DNA of 63,775 bases from an uncultured Lentisphaeraceae bacterium (GTDB lineage Bacteria > Verrucomicrobiota > Kiritimatiellia > RFP12 > UBA1067), in assembly GCA_964482645.1 (NCBI GenBank), contig CAYZYQ010000004.1, positions 1 through 63,775 of the forward strand, written 5' to 3'. Made by a program: the position numbers and the translations under genes. This document shows positions 9,633-19,978 of this stretch, one piece after another (position 1 is the first letter of the stretch; each line of letters starts with the position of its first letter). Under the pieces are notes generated by a model that had not been told where the DNA came from, searched no databases, and worked only from the letters and a program-made list of their open reading frames with translations.

Positions 9633-10463
9633 ATGAACGGCATCGAAAGATTGCATTCGATCATGACCCGTCTCCGTGATCCGGAGACGGGTTGTCCGTG
9701 GGATCGTGTCCAAACGCTGGAAACGCTCAAGCCCTGCGTACTTGAAGAGACGTACGAGCTGCTCGCCGCGATGGACAGACCCGACGACCGCGAGAACTAC
9801 GTCGAGGAACTGGGCGATGTGCTGCTCCAGGTGATGTTCCAATGCGTGATGGCCGAGGAGAAGAAGGCGTTTTCCTTCGACGACGTGGCCAATGCCATTG
9901 CGGACAAACTGGTGCGCCGCCATCCGCACGTGTTCGGCGACGTCGTGGCCGACGATCCGGCGGCGGTGTTGCGCAACTGGGAACGCATCAAGCAGCAGGA
10001 GCACAAGAAGGAGGCGCGGCACAGCGCACTTGACGGTGTACCGCCGGCGTTGCCCGCGTTGCTGAAAGCGCAGCGGACGCAGGAGAAGGCCGCGCGTGTG
10101 GGGTTCGACTGGAAGGACGCCCAGGGGCCGCTTGCGAAAATCCGCGAAGAACTGGCGGAGTTGGAGGAAGCGGTGGCTGCGTCGGCGGACACGGCGCGCG
10201 ATCCGCACGTCAAAGACGAACTCGGCGATTTGCTGTTCTCCGTGACGAATCTGGCGCGGCATCTCAAGGCCGATTCCGAATCGGCGTTGGCGAACACGAC
10301 GGCCAAATTCGCGCGGCGGTTCCGGGCTGTGGAAGCGGGCGCGAAAGCCGCCGGGCGGGATTTGAAGGACATGACGCTCGCCGAGATGGACGCCTTGTGG
10401 GATCGGGCGAAAGCCGCTGAACGATCCGCCGTGTCCGAATCGGCGAGTGAACCGACGAAGTAG
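9633..10463 (+). CDS. mazG: Nucleoside triphosphate pyrophosphohydrolase MazG
   Basis: LRDPETGCPWDRVQT, EETYE, EELGDVLLQV, RRHPHVF, ELGDLLF. Confidence 0.95.
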   Translation: MNGIERLHSIMTRLRDPETGCPWDRVQTLETLKPCVLEETYELLAAMDRPDDRENYVEELGDVLLQVMFQCVMAEEKKAFSFDDVANAIADKLVRRHPHVFGDVVADDPAAVLRNWERIKQQEHKKEARHSALDGVPPALPALLKAQRTQEKAARVGFDWKDAQGPLAKIREELAELEEAVAASADTARDPHVKDELGDLLFSVTNLARHLKADSESALANTTAKFARRFRAVEAGAKAAGRDLKDMTLAEMDALWDRAKAAERSAVSESASEPTK

Positions 10464-10466
10464 AAT

Positions 10467-11318
10467 GTGCGGATTGAAGTTCTAGAGCCGCACGGATTCT
10501 GCCAAGGAGTTCGGGCCGCCGTGGACAAAGCGTTTCGCGTGTTGTCCGCTGGCGGCCCTGTCTATTGTCTGCACGAGCTCGTCCACAACGAATCGGTCGT
10601 TACCGCGCTTGCGGCGCGGGGGTTGCGGTTCGTCGAACGTCTCGATGAAGTTCCGTCGGGGGCGACGGTGTTGTTTTCCGCGCATGGGGTGTCGCCGGCG
10701 GTGCGGCGGCAGGCCGAGGCGCGGCGGATGTCCGTGGTGGATGCCACCTGTCCGTTCGTTGCGCGCATTCATCGGCAGGTACGTGATTTCGCGGCGCGGG
10801 GCGTCAATCTCGTCGTCGTGGGCCATGCCGAGCACGTGGAAGTGCAGGGTGTCGTCGGTGAAGCGGCGGGAACGGGCATTGACGTGGCCGTGGTGGACGC
10901 GGCGGATGCCGTTGCGGCGTTGCCGGCGTGGTCGCGCGTCGGGGTTGTCTGCCAGACGACTTTGTCGGAGGATGTTGTGCGGGCGGTGTGGACGGCGTTG
11001 GAAAGGCGTTATCCGCATGTGGAGCGTCCGGCGGCGGCGGGCGTCTGCACGGCGACGCGGGATCGGCAGAACGCCGTCCGTGCATTTGTGCGTGCGGGGG
11101 GTGACGGCGTGTTGGTGGTGGGGAGTCCGCGATCGTCGAACACGCGCCGATTGGCGGAGGTGGCTGCGGCCGAGGGTGCGCGGGCGATGCGCGTGGGAAA
11201 TGTCGCGGACGTGTCGGGCTGTGATTTTTCGGGCATCCGCCGTTTGGGTGTCACGGCGGGGGCGTCGACGCCGGAATCCCTTCTCCGCGCCGTTGTGGAT
11301 AGTTTGGGCGGAAGGTGA
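10467..11318 (+). CDS. ispH: 4-hydroxy-3-methylbut-2-enyl diphosphate reductase
   Basis: GFCQGV, HELVHN, SAHGV, DATCPFV, QTT, CTAT, SSN, TAGASTP. Confidence 0.95.
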   Translation: MRIEVLEPHGFCQGVRAAVDKAFRVLSAGGPVYCLHELVHNESVVTALAARGLRFVERLDEVPSGATVLFSAHGVSPAVRRQAEARRMSVVDATCPFVARIHRQVRDFAARGVNLVVVGHAEHVEVQGVVGEAAGTGIDVAVVDAADAVAALPAWSRVGVVCQTTLSEDVVRAVWTALERRYPHVERPAAAGVCTATRDRQNAVRAFVRAGGDGVLVVGSPRSSNTRRLAEVAAAEGARAMRVGNVADVSGCDFSGIRRLGVTAGASTPESLLRAVVDSLGGR

Positions 11319-11406
11319 TTGCGCCGACTCTGCCCGTTGCACGGCATGGTGTTGTGGAATTGACGGGGGGGTGGGCGGCGAAAAAGCGCCTTGTTCGCTT
11401 CTCCAG

Positions 11407-11434
11407 TTGACTGAAAAAAAAAATACATTATAAT
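11407..11434 (+). promoter_or_regulatory. Sigma70-like promoter with A10 spacer tract (P2)
   Basis: TTGACT 11407-11412, A10 at 11414-11423, TATAAT 11429-11434; spacer 16 bp. Confidence 0.85.
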
Positions 11435-11502
11435 GGAGGAAGTTTGCAGTGGAGTAGGCTGCGGACGGAACGAGACGATTGAACGAACGAAAGGAACTTC
11501 GC

Positions 11503-14500
11503 ATGGGAAATCTGCTTGCACGGGCTGGCTTTCTGGCCGCCGCCGTTGTCCTGGCGACGCCGGGCGCATTCGCCGGCAATGTCGTCGTGGACGGGACGCG
11601 GACGATTTCGGAGGAGATCGTCTCGGTTTCCGCCGAGCGCGAACTGGGCGACGCCTCGGTCGCGAACGTCGTGCTGGCGAATGGCGGCGGCGTGTCGTTC
11701 ACGACGAACATGACTCTTTCCAAGACGTATTCGCTCGACGGCACCGGCGTCGTGGCGGTGGCCGGGGGAAGGCGGGTTGATGTGTCGGGTGTGCGTCTAG
11801 CCGTCGGTGCGGTCGGGCACGTCCTCGTCAAGCGCGGCGCGGGCACGCTCGCCCTGGGAGGCGTCGGCAAGGCGGCCGGGAAGCGGACGCGGTTCATCGT
11901 GGAGGAAGGGACGATTTCATGCAACGGCGACTTCTGGGGCGGGCATTCGACGGCGGACACGAACGTGACGATCGACGTCCGCCACGGCGCGACGTACAGC
12001 CACGGCAATTCGCACGGCGTGGTGGGGCCTGTCGAATTGACCGGCGCCACGTTCGTGAGCGCCTCGACCGGCCCTGGCTTCTGGTCTGACGCCGCGCTGT
12101 GCGGCGGCGTGACCGCCCACGCGCACGAGACGACGAGCGTCGTGCGCATGGGCTACAAGGGCTTTCTCGGACACGTCGACTACACGAACTGCGTCTTCAA
12201 CGTGGAGGACGGCGCGCGCCTCCTGCTGGACGCCACGCTGCGCGACGGCATGAACAGGGGCGCCACGAAGGCGGTCGCCTGCCGTCTGACGAAACGCGGC
12301 GCGGGCGATCTCGTGATTGCCAAGCCGGGCGAATGGACGGGCGGCACGTTCCTCGAGGGCGGCACGGTGTCCGTTGCCGTCGCGGGCGCGTTCGGCACGG
12401 GCCCCGTCGTCGTCGCGGGCGACGTCAAGCTGTACGTCGCCGCGGGCGTGACGGTCGACTTGACGAACCTGCGCGTGGATGGGACGCGCGTGCTGACGCT
12501 CGCGGGCGATGGCTGTGTGACGCTTCCCGAAACGCTTCCGGCAGGACTGTCCGTCGAAGGGCGTACGGGCGGAATCGCGTCTGTCGAACCGTACAGGGAC
12601 GGCGTTCTGCACCTGACCGGCGGCATCGTGACGGTGGACGTGCCGGCGGGCGAGACGCTGACGGTGACGGCGATGGAATCCGCCGCGGATCCGGCCGGGT
12701 TCGAGGCGGCGCGGCCTGACGTCGTCAAGACCGGTGGCGGAACGCTTGAACTGCCCGCCGGGCTTGCGGCGGCCTATGGACGGCTCAACGTCGCGGAGGG
12801 ATTCGTGAGCGTGGCCGACGAGAGTTCATTTGGCGCGAACGTCGTCACGCTGTCGGATGGCGCCGGGCTGCGCGTCCGGTCGAGCTTCACGCAGACGCGG
12901 ATCCAGATCTCCTGCGCAGGCGCGGCGACGCTCGACGTCCCGGACGGTGTCACGTTCGGCGTCACGAAGGGGCTTTTCAAGTGTCCGACAAGTGCGATCA
13001 CGAAGATTGGCGGCGGCACGTGGCAGCCCGACACGTTCATCAAGGAAAAGGAGGGCAACACAACCTATCTCAATGCCGGTGCGCGGTGGGTCGTCCACGA
13101 GGGCCGTCTCAAGTTTGCCTCGGGCGATATGTTCTGCGGCTACGGCGAAAAGCCGGCGGTCGTGCTGGAGGCGCACGAGGGCGCGGTCATTGAACTGGGG
13201 TACGCGAACGCCCACACGCCCATCGGCGACGTCGTGCTGCGCGGCGGCGTCATGCGCGCCGGGTACGGGCAGCTTGATCAGGAGGCGTTGCCGCTGGAGG
13301 GCGGAAAAATCTGGAAGGGGTTCGGCCTTAACGGCACGATTACTGTCCTGCCGTCGTCGGACGGACGCCCTTCGCGCCTTGAGGCACGTGCCGTCCATGC
13401 CGGGCACTACAACAAGACGCAGACTGGTTTCCCGACGGTGTTCGACGTGCGCGAGGGCGCTACGTTCGAGGTGGATGCGATGATCTGTCCCGGATTCGGG
13501 CCTTACGCCACGGTGCCTCCGGAAACCGGGAGCGGCGTGACGAAGATCGGCGCGGGCAGGGTGCGTTTCCTGAAGCCGCTCGCCATCACCGGACTCTTCG
13601 CGGTCGAGGCGGGCGTGGCGGAGCTTGGCCCGGGCGTCGTGATTTCCGAGAAGGCGACGGTGCGCGTGGGGGCCAACGCGGAACTCGTGCTGGGCGACAA
13701 GGCGCGGATTTCATCGACGAACGATGCGCTGGCCGGACTTTGCGCGTCGGCGGACCTCTGGCTCGACGCTTCGCGTCTGGTGGCGACGAACGGCGAAACG
13801 GTGGCGCGTGTTCCGAACCTCGGTACGGCGGGCGGTGCGTTCGTCAGGCCGACGGGCGATCTTGGCAGCGCTTTCGCGCCGACGTTCACCGTCTCCGGCG
13901 TCGGCGGACGCGGCTCGCTTTCGTTTGACGGCAAGAGTGCGCTCGTGACGGACGTCTACACGAACTACGGTGCGGCGGCGAGCGTGTTCATCGTCTCGCG
14001 CTGGACGAGCTGGGCGAATGCCGGCGGCCAGGGCAAGTGGGGCGGGCCGTTCTCGATGATGGCCCGTGCGCCGACGGCGCTGTCAAGCAATTTGGGCGAC
14101 GACAACCATGCCCATGGAGGCCTCTCCTTCCAGCACGGCGGGGATACGATCGACACGCTCTACACGTTCGGCGGCCTTTCGCAGGCGACAATCTCCAGAG
14201 TCGGCTTTGAGGTGGGACATTCATATGTAACCTGTTCGTGGCGCGACGCGGAAACCAGGAAGGGCGCGACCGCCGTGTGGCTGGACGGCGGGGCCTATCA
14301 GTGCGTGACGGGGAGTCTGAACACGGTGCGCCCGACGTGCGAGATCGATCGCGTCTGCGTGGGTGGTCGTTTGAGGATGGGACGTCCGCAGATCTTCCCC
14401 GATTCTGCCGCCAATCGAATGTACATCGGCGAGATCGGCGAAGTCCTCGTCTTCTCGCGAATGCTGACGGAGGCGGAACGCACGGCGATCGAGACGTATC

Positions 14501-15969
14501 TGCGCAACAAGTGGATGGACGCGGGACTCGACGTCTCCATCGAGATGCGCCGTGAACTGGCGAGCGCCGCGAAGGTGTCCGTGCCGGCGGGCGCGGAGGC
14601 CGCGTTCGTCGTGAACGGCGCGTCGGTGGACGGCGTGTCGCAGGGAATCGTGAAGTCCGGCGCGGGAACGCTGCGCGTCGGTGGCGGAGCGATGGGCGGA
14701 CTTGCGCTGCGCGTGCACGAGGGGACGCTCGCCTTGCGCGCGGGACGTCTGCCGTCGCGGGTGGACGTCTGGGTGGACGCGGCGGACGCCGCCGCGCGGA
14801 CGCTTGACGCGGACGGCCGCGTGACGAACGTCGTCAACAAGGGCGCGGCCGGCGGCGTCTTCAGGCGCAGTCCGCGCCCGAACGGGACCGCGGTTCCATT
14901 CGGGCCGGAATTGAAGGAGAACGGACTCAACGGCAATCCCGTCTTCGCGTTCGACGGCGATTCCTGCCTTGCGCTCGACTCCTACACGAACCATTCCGCG
15001 CCGCGTTCGTTGAGCGTCTATTTCGTCGGACGGCGGACGAAATGGGAACTGAATCCCGCCGACGCCGAGAATGGCGCCGGACTTGGAAGATGGGGCGGCC
15101 CGTTTGCGTTCGGATGCACGACCGCGACGCGGTCCGACGAGGCCATCCCCGGCATCGCCATGCTTGAGGAGCCCTCTGCGAGTACCACGCGCGTCGACTT
15201 GGGGAACGAGGGACTCTCGGTGAATACGCCGCCGACGGGTGAACCGTACCTGTTCGTGCTTCACAGTCTCACGAACGCGGCGATGGCCGCATTTGAGAAG
15301 AACGCGACGGCGACGTCCGCCGTGCCGCGTCAGGTAGGTTTGGGTTTTGCCAGTGAACCGTTCGCCATCGACCTCCTCCATCTCGGATCGCGCGTGGCGG
15401 CCGGCGGTCGGCCTCAATGGTGGGGCAAGGGGGATCTCAAGAATCGGTGTTGGTTCGGCGACATCGCGGAGTTCATTGCGACGACGGAGCCGTTGACCGT
15501 CGACGAGGAACGCGAACTGTTTGCCTATCTGCGCAAGAAGTGGCTGGACAAGGGCGACGGCCCGGCCACGCCGCCGGAATGGCTCGTCGGGACGTCGGCG
15601 ACGCCGGTGACGGATGCGGATTCGATGCTTGCGATGGCGGACGGCGCGGCCCTTGAACACGCGGCCGAGACGCTGTCGCTTGGTGTGCTGGAGACGGCGG
15701 GAACCGTCGACTGGACACGCGTCTGGTCCGGCGGCGACTCGGCGGACTTCCCGCTCTTCTCGGTGTCGGGCGACGTGTCGCTGGGCGCGGTGGAGTTCAC
15801 CGCCGCGCCGTTCCCGGCGGTCGAAGCGCGGATTCTCGACTGGACGGGCGAACTCGTCTCCGCGCCGACGTGGAACCTGTGTGGCGACGGGAGCGACGGA
15901 TTCCGCGTCGGCGCGCGCGGCAGGTCGGCCTGGCTTCTCCGCGCCGGCCTCTACATCATCCTCCGATAG
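11503..15969 (+). CDS. Large secreted protein: autotransporter-associated beta-strand repeats plus two LamG-like domains; C-terminus GLYIILR
   Basis: Signal peptide; repeats such as LTKRGAGDLVI, VVKTGGGTLEL, VTKIGAGRVRF, VKSGAGTL; two LWLDA...E..(F/L)..YL.(N/K)KW modules; GAAAGGA RBS before ATG 11503. Confidence 0.75.
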   Translation: MGNLLARAGFLAAAVVLATPGAFAGNVVVDGTRTISEEIVSVSAERELGDASVANVVLANGGGVSFTTNMTLSKTYSLDGTGVVAVAGGRRVDVSGVRLAVGAVGHVLVKRGAGTLALGGVGKAAGKRTRFIVEEGTISCNGDFWGGHSTADTNVTIDVRHGATYSHGNSHGVVGPVELTGATFVSASTGPGFWSDAALCGGVTAHAHETTSVVRMGYKGFLGHVDYTNCVFNVEDGARLLLDATLRDGMNRGATKAVACRLTKRGAGDLVIAKPGEWTGGTFLEGGTVSVAVAGAFGTGPVVVAGDVKLYVAAGVTVDLTNLRVDGTRVLTLAGDGCVTLPETLPAGLSVEGRTGGIASVEPYRDGVLHLTGGIVTVDVPAGETLTVTAMESAADPAGFEAARPDVVKTGGGTLELPAGLAAAYGRLNVAEGFVSVADESSFGANVVTLSDGAGLRVRSSFTQTRIQISCAGAATLDVPDGVTFGVTKGLFKCPTSAITKIGGGTWQPDTFIKEKEGNTTYLNAGARWVVHEGRLKFASGDMFCGYGEKPAVVLEAHEGAVIELGYANAHTPIGDVVLRGGVMRAGYGQLDQEALPLEGGKIWKGFGLNGTITVLPSSDGRPSRLEARAVHAGHYNKTQTGFPTVFDVREGATFEVDAMICPGFGPYATVPPETGSGVTKIGAGRVRFLKPLAITGLFAVEAGVAELGPGVVISEKATVRVGANAELVLGDKARISSTNDALAGLCASADLWLDASRLVATNGETVARVPNLGTAGGAFVRPTGDLGSAFAPTFTVSGVGGRGSLSFDGKSALVTDVYTNYGAAASVFIVSRWTSWANAGGQGKWGGPFSMMARAPTALSSNLGDDNHAHGGLSFQHGGDTIDTLYTFGGLSQATISRVGFEVGHSYVTCSWRDAETRKGATAVWLDGGAYQCVTGSLNTVRPTCEIDRVCVGGRLRMGRPQIFPDSAANRMYIGEIGEVLVFSRMLTEAERTAIETYLRNKWMDAGLDVSIEMRRELASAAKVSVPAGAEAAFVVNGASVDGVSQGIVKSGAGTLRVGGGAMGGLALRVHEGTLALRAGRLPSRVDVWVDAADAAARTLDADGRVTNVVNKGAAGGVFRRSPRPNGTAVPFGPELKENGLNGNPVFAFDGDSCLALDSYTNHSAPRSLSVYFVGRRTKWELNPADAENGAGLGRWGGPFAFGCTTATRSDEAIPGIAMLEEPSASTTRVDLGNEGLSVNTPPTGEPYLFVLHSLTNAAMAAFEKNATATSAVPRQVGLGFASEPFAIDLLHLGSRVAAGGRPQWWGKGDLKNRCWFGDIAEFIATTEPLTVDEERELFAYLRKKWLDKGDGPATPPEWLVGTSATPVTDADSMLAMADGAALEHAAETLSLGVLETAGTVDWTRVWSGGDSADFPLFSVSGDVSLGAVEFTAAPFPAVEARILDWTGELVSAPTWNLCGDGSDGFRVGARGRSAWLLRAGLYIILR

Positions 15970-16044
15970 GAGTGTCGTCATCCCTGTTTGCTGCTTCACA
16001 AGATCGTTACAACTTCCGCCCCTCCCCCCTCGTTGCATTCCGGA

Positions 16045-16071
16045 TTGACAAAGAAAAAAAAACACTATAAT
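16045..16071 (+). promoter_or_regulatory. Sigma70-like promoter with A9 spacer tract (P3)
   Basis: TTGACA 16045-16050, A9 at 16054-16062, TATAAT 16066-16071; spacer 15 bp. Confidence 0.85.
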
Positions 16072-16134
16072 TGACGCAATCAGACGAAAAAGAAGTTTCA
16101 CGAGTTGTCGGTTGAAATTCATTTTGGAGATTGC

Positions 16135-19100
16135 ATGAACGAGATGGTTGGATGGACGACCGCGCGGGTGGTCGTCTTGTGTGCGGCGCTGTGCGGTGCC
16201 GTCCGTGCCGAAGAAGGCGCCACGGGGCTGACGGCGAACTGGCTGCCCACGGCGGCTGGGACGCACGATTGGTGGGATGCCGCCAACTGGGACGGTGGCG
16301 TGGTGCCGACGAATCGCGGCGACACGGCCCGCTTCGACGCGGTGGCAATCGAAGGCAATCAGACGATCGCATTGCCCAAGGGCAACGAGTTCCGGCGTTT
16401 CACGCTCGGGACCGTCTTCGGGCATACGAACCAGGTCGTCAAGTCGCCCGCACGTTCCTCGAACGGAACGACAATCCGCCAGATGTCCGTCGCAGACCCA
16501 ACTGGATTCAAGGGCGCCTGGGACCAGGCGGATGCGAAGGCGAACTGGATCGCGGAGCCGGCGGATTCCTTCGTGCCGCTTTTCGCGCAGGTCGTCGGCA
16601 CGTACATGCCGCAGTTCACCGTGGCGTCGAACCGCGCCGAAATAGGCGAAGTCATCGGAGGAGACGGTCTCGTGAAGGCGGGCGGGGGCGCGTTGACGGT
16701 TCGCGGCGTTCTTCCCTCGCTTCGGGCGAACACGCGGCTCCAGGTCGAGGCTGGGACCATGGCGCTGGCGTTTGAGGACGAGATTCCGACGGCGGTCGTT
16801 CCTGGCGCCTATCTCCATCTGGACGCGGCGCGCGCGGACACGTTCACGCTGCAGGCGGGCGACGACGGGCGCACGTACGTCTCCGAATGGCGGGACTGCG
16901 ACGGCGCGGAAATCGCCGCGACGAAACACCCAAGCGTGGCGCTCCCCTTCCTCAGTTCCGTCACCGTCGTGCGGGGCTTTCCACTCGTGGACTTCGGCGC
17001 GAGCAAGCCTTCGAACGACGCCATGAACAACCTCACCTATTGGACGGAGAAGGTCGGGCCCTGCGGCAGCCTGAGGTTTCCGAGGACGACGAAAGTCCGT
17101 GAGGTTTTCGTCGTCTTCGAGGACACGCAGCCGTCCAACACGAGTTGCTTCGTCGTGGGTGACGATAAATCCTATCACTTCCATCGCGCCAATTCGGACA
17201 CGTCCGGGCATAAGTTGCTTGACGCATCGTTTTGCGATCCGGGGTTGAAGAACAATCTCGCCATGGTCGACGGCGTCTCCTGTAGTTTCGAGTGTCAGCG
17301 GGACTGGACGCGGCTTGCGGTGGTGTCCGTCGTCTCGACGAACGACCTCTGCCTGTCCTCGCTCTGCAACGACCGCAATACGATTCGCTACGGCGGCGCC
17401 CGCATCGCGGAAGTCCTGATCTACACGAACAACCTGACCCAGGCGGAACGCGACTGGAATCATTTCGTTCTGCGGCGCAAGTGGACGCCGGGCAAACTCC
17501 CGTCAGACGACCTGCGCGAGCTCCGCATGGCGAACGGCACGACGGTGGACGTGGCCGACGGGCTGTCCGTGACGGTCGACCAGTTGAGCGTGAAGGCCGG
17601 CGCCACCGTGACGAAGTCGGGCGCGGGCAGTTTGCGCGTCCATGCCATGTCGGAGGACGGGTTCGGCCTCCAGGTGAACGGCGGGACCGTGGATTTCGTA
17701 CCGCCGGACGTTCCCGTGACGGACGACGCACCGGCGGAAGATCCGCAGATCTGGTTCGATGCCTCGTGTGCCGCGTCGCTTGTCGCCACCAACCTGGCGA
17801 ATGGCGCGGGCGGCGTCTCGATCTGCCGATGGAACGACCGCCGGCCTGAACAGACCTCGATCTTCGCCGCCACGCGCAATGGCGACACAACGTTCCCGTT
17901 CCTTGTGACGGACGCCGCGAACGGGTTGTCAGTCCTCGACTTCGGCGACGGCTGGATCTCGGAATGGGGCGCCTGGGGTGTCGCAAGCGGAACGTCCGCG
18001 CGTTTCGACATAAACAGGCACACGACGGCCTACGACGGGTTCGTGGTGATTCGTCCGAAGATGCCAAACGGCTACGACAAGAATGCGCGCACATGCCTCA
18101 ACCCGGCGTTCTTCGGGACGAAATGGCAGTCGTTCACACGCTGGGGCGGCGGCGCCGCCGTCGCGGGATATGCGGACGCGAACGTCATTTCCGCGCTTTG
18201 GGAGTTCGACGGCGTTCCGCAGGATGCGCGTACGTCCCCGGCGGTCTCCACGAATGCGTTCACCGTGGTCAGTTTCTCGTCCTCCACGCCGTGCAATGCG
18301 GGCGACCACATCGCGAACGACCGCGACATCTGCTGTGGCGGCGTCCAGATCGGCGAACTGATTCTCTACGACCGCCGCCTGACGTCCACGGAACGCAAGA
18401 CGACGCAGGCCTATCTCATGAAGAAGTGGAAGGCGAAGGAACATCCGGCGTTGGCGGAGACGGTCGAACTCGAGTCGCTAACGTACGCCGACGGCGTAGA
18501 GGCGAAAATCGAAACAGATCGCCATGTCGTCGTTTCGTCGCTCACCGCCTCCGGACCGTTCCACGTGACGGGCGGCGGGTCGGTGTCCGTCAAGGGGCTT
18601 TCGGACACGCTGACGGCGCTCGTCCTGGACGGCGGCGCATTCAGCGTGGCTTCGGACGATGCGTTCGGCGATGCGCTGTTCCACTTCGACGCCTCTGTTC
18701 CGGAAACGCTTGAATGCACGGTGGCGGTGCGGGACGGCGAAACCGTCACGAACGTCACGAAATGGCTGGACGTCCGCAACAACGGCGTGTATGCAAAGGC
18801 TTCCAGGCAGAAGCCGGTGGCGACCGCCGATCCGACGCTGCGGACGGTCGAGACGCGCAACGGGCGCACGATGCCGGTCTTGGATTTTGGCGATGTCAAC
18901 GTGAACGTCGATACGTGCCAGACGTCGGCGGGCATGAACATCGTGCGGCCGAACTGGAACGGCCATGTCCAGGAGGCGCACGTCGTCTACAGCGACGCCT
19001 ACGACTCTAACAACGGCTATGCGCAGCGCTTCATCTTCGCGGATTCGGAGGTCTATCCCTGCCATCGGGGCGAGAACGGCCAGCTCTTCGCCGCTTATGG

Positions 19101-19860
19101 CGGCGACCAGTCCGATTACGTGAAGAACGGTTACGTGGGGATTGACGGCGAAACGCATAGGTGGAATGACAGACTGACCGATCGAGCGTTCCACGTCGTG
19201 TCGCTCGCGACGTCGCAGCCGATTAAAATGCGGACGATCGCCCTCGACCGCAGCTGCCGCGCGGGCGGAAGCCGCCAGGGCGAGCTGATCGCGTTTTCGA
19301 AGAAACTATCGCCGGCGCGGCGCAAGTACGTGCAGGCGTACCTGATGTGGAAGTGGTTCGGCGAGGGGACGCAGCCCATGCTTGACCACAGCTTGTCGGC
19401 CGTCTCGCTGTGCGCGGGTGCGGTGGCGACGTTCCCGTCGTATTGGGCGCTTCGGACGGCGACGGTGTCCGGCACGGGTACGTTGTCGGCCGGATTGGTT
19501 GCGGACGTGGAGGCGCTGGCGCCGGCGGGGACGTTGGCGATTGGCGGCGACCTCTCGTTGGACGCGACGGCGGAACTTGTCTTCGACTTCGAGTCGCCGG
19601 CGTCCTACGACGTCGTGACGGTGGACGGTACGTTTACGGCGACTGCGGATACGACGATCGTGCTCAACATCGGAAAGGGCGCGGACAACTGTTCGGGCGA
19701 TTTCCCGATTCTGCGGGCGACGGCGTTCGCGGGGACGCCTCCGTCCGACTGGACGCGCGTTGTCAGCAACCAGTCGAATCGTTCGGTCGCGCTCGTCCTG
19801 CAGAACGGCGTCTTGTGTCTGCGTCTCACGCCGAAAGGTACGGTCATCTTCATCCGCTAG
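16135..19860 (+). CDS. Large secreted protein with three tandem LamG-like domains and passenger-type repeats; C-terminus GTVIFIR
   Basis: Signal peptide; LVKAGGGALTV and VTKSGAGSLRV; three (L/F)DA...E...L...R...L.(R/K/W)KW modules; GGAG RBS before ATG 16135. Confidence 0.75.
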   Translation: MNEMVGWTTARVVVLCAALCGAVRAEEGATGLTANWLPTAAGTHDWWDAANWDGGVVPTNRGDTARFDAVAIEGNQTIALPKGNEFRRFTLGTVFGHTNQVVKSPARSSNGTTIRQMSVADPTGFKGAWDQADAKANWIAEPADSFVPLFAQVVGTYMPQFTVASNRAEIGEVIGGDGLVKAGGGALTVRGVLPSLRANTRLQVEAGTMALAFEDEIPTAVVPGAYLHLDAARADTFTLQAGDDGRTYVSEWRDCDGAEIAATKHPSVALPFLSSVTVVRGFPLVDFGASKPSNDAMNNLTYWTEKVGPCGSLRFPRTTKVREVFVVFEDTQPSNTSCFVVGDDKSYHFHRANSDTSGHKLLDASFCDPGLKNNLAMVDGVSCSFECQRDWTRLAVVSVVSTNDLCLSSLCNDRNTIRYGGARIAEVLIYTNNLTQAERDWNHFVLRRKWTPGKLPSDDLRELRMANGTTVDVADGLSVTVDQLSVKAGATVTKSGAGSLRVHAMSEDGFGLQVNGGTVDFVPPDVPVTDDAPAEDPQIWFDASCAASLVATNLANGAGGVSICRWNDRRPEQTSIFAATRNGDTTFPFLVTDAANGLSVLDFGDGWISEWGAWGVASGTSARFDINRHTTAYDGFVVIRPKMPNGYDKNARTCLNPAFFGTKWQSFTRWGGGAAVAGYADANVISALWEFDGVPQDARTSPAVSTNAFTVVSFSSSTPCNAGDHIANDRDICCGGVQIGELILYDRRLTSTERKTTQAYLMKKWKAKEHPALAETVELESLTYADGVEAKIETDRHVVVSSLTASGPFHVTGGGSVSVKGLSDTLTALVLDGGAFSVASDDAFGDALFHFDASVPETLECTVAVRDGETVTNVTKWLDVRNNGVYAKASRQKPVATADPTLRTVETRNGRTMPVLDFGDVNVNVDTCQTSAGMNIVRPNWNGHVQEAHVVYSDAYDSNNGYAQRFIFADSEVYPCHRGENGQLFAAYGGDQSDYVKNGYVGIDGETHRWNDRLTDRAFHVVSLATSQPIKMRTIALDRSCRAGGSRQGELIAFSKKLSPARRKYVQAYLMWKWFGEGTQPMLDHSLSAVSLCAGAVATFPSYWALRTATVSGTGTLSAGLVADVEALAPAGTLAIGGDLSLDATAELVFDFESPASYDVVTVDGTFTATADTTIVLNIGKGADNCSGDFPILRATAFAGTPPSDWTRVVSNQSNRSVALVLQNGVLCLRLTPKGTVIFIR

Positions 19861-19978
19861 CCCCTAGAGGCGATTCGTTTTTAGGTCGCACGGACGGTGC
19901 AGGCGGACTTTTTGCTATACTGGCGCGGTGGTAGCAAGGAGGCCGCCTGGTGCGGCGTTTCAACGAACGAATGCGAGG

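Noticed and set aside
11364-11370. G7 run upstream of P2
   Set aside because: Too short to be notable in GC-rich DNA and not shared by the other promoters.
14221-17463. 1080-aa minus-strand ORF
   Set aside because: Antisense shadow of two real plus-strand genes; Arg/His-rich nonsense typical of high-GC3 DNA.
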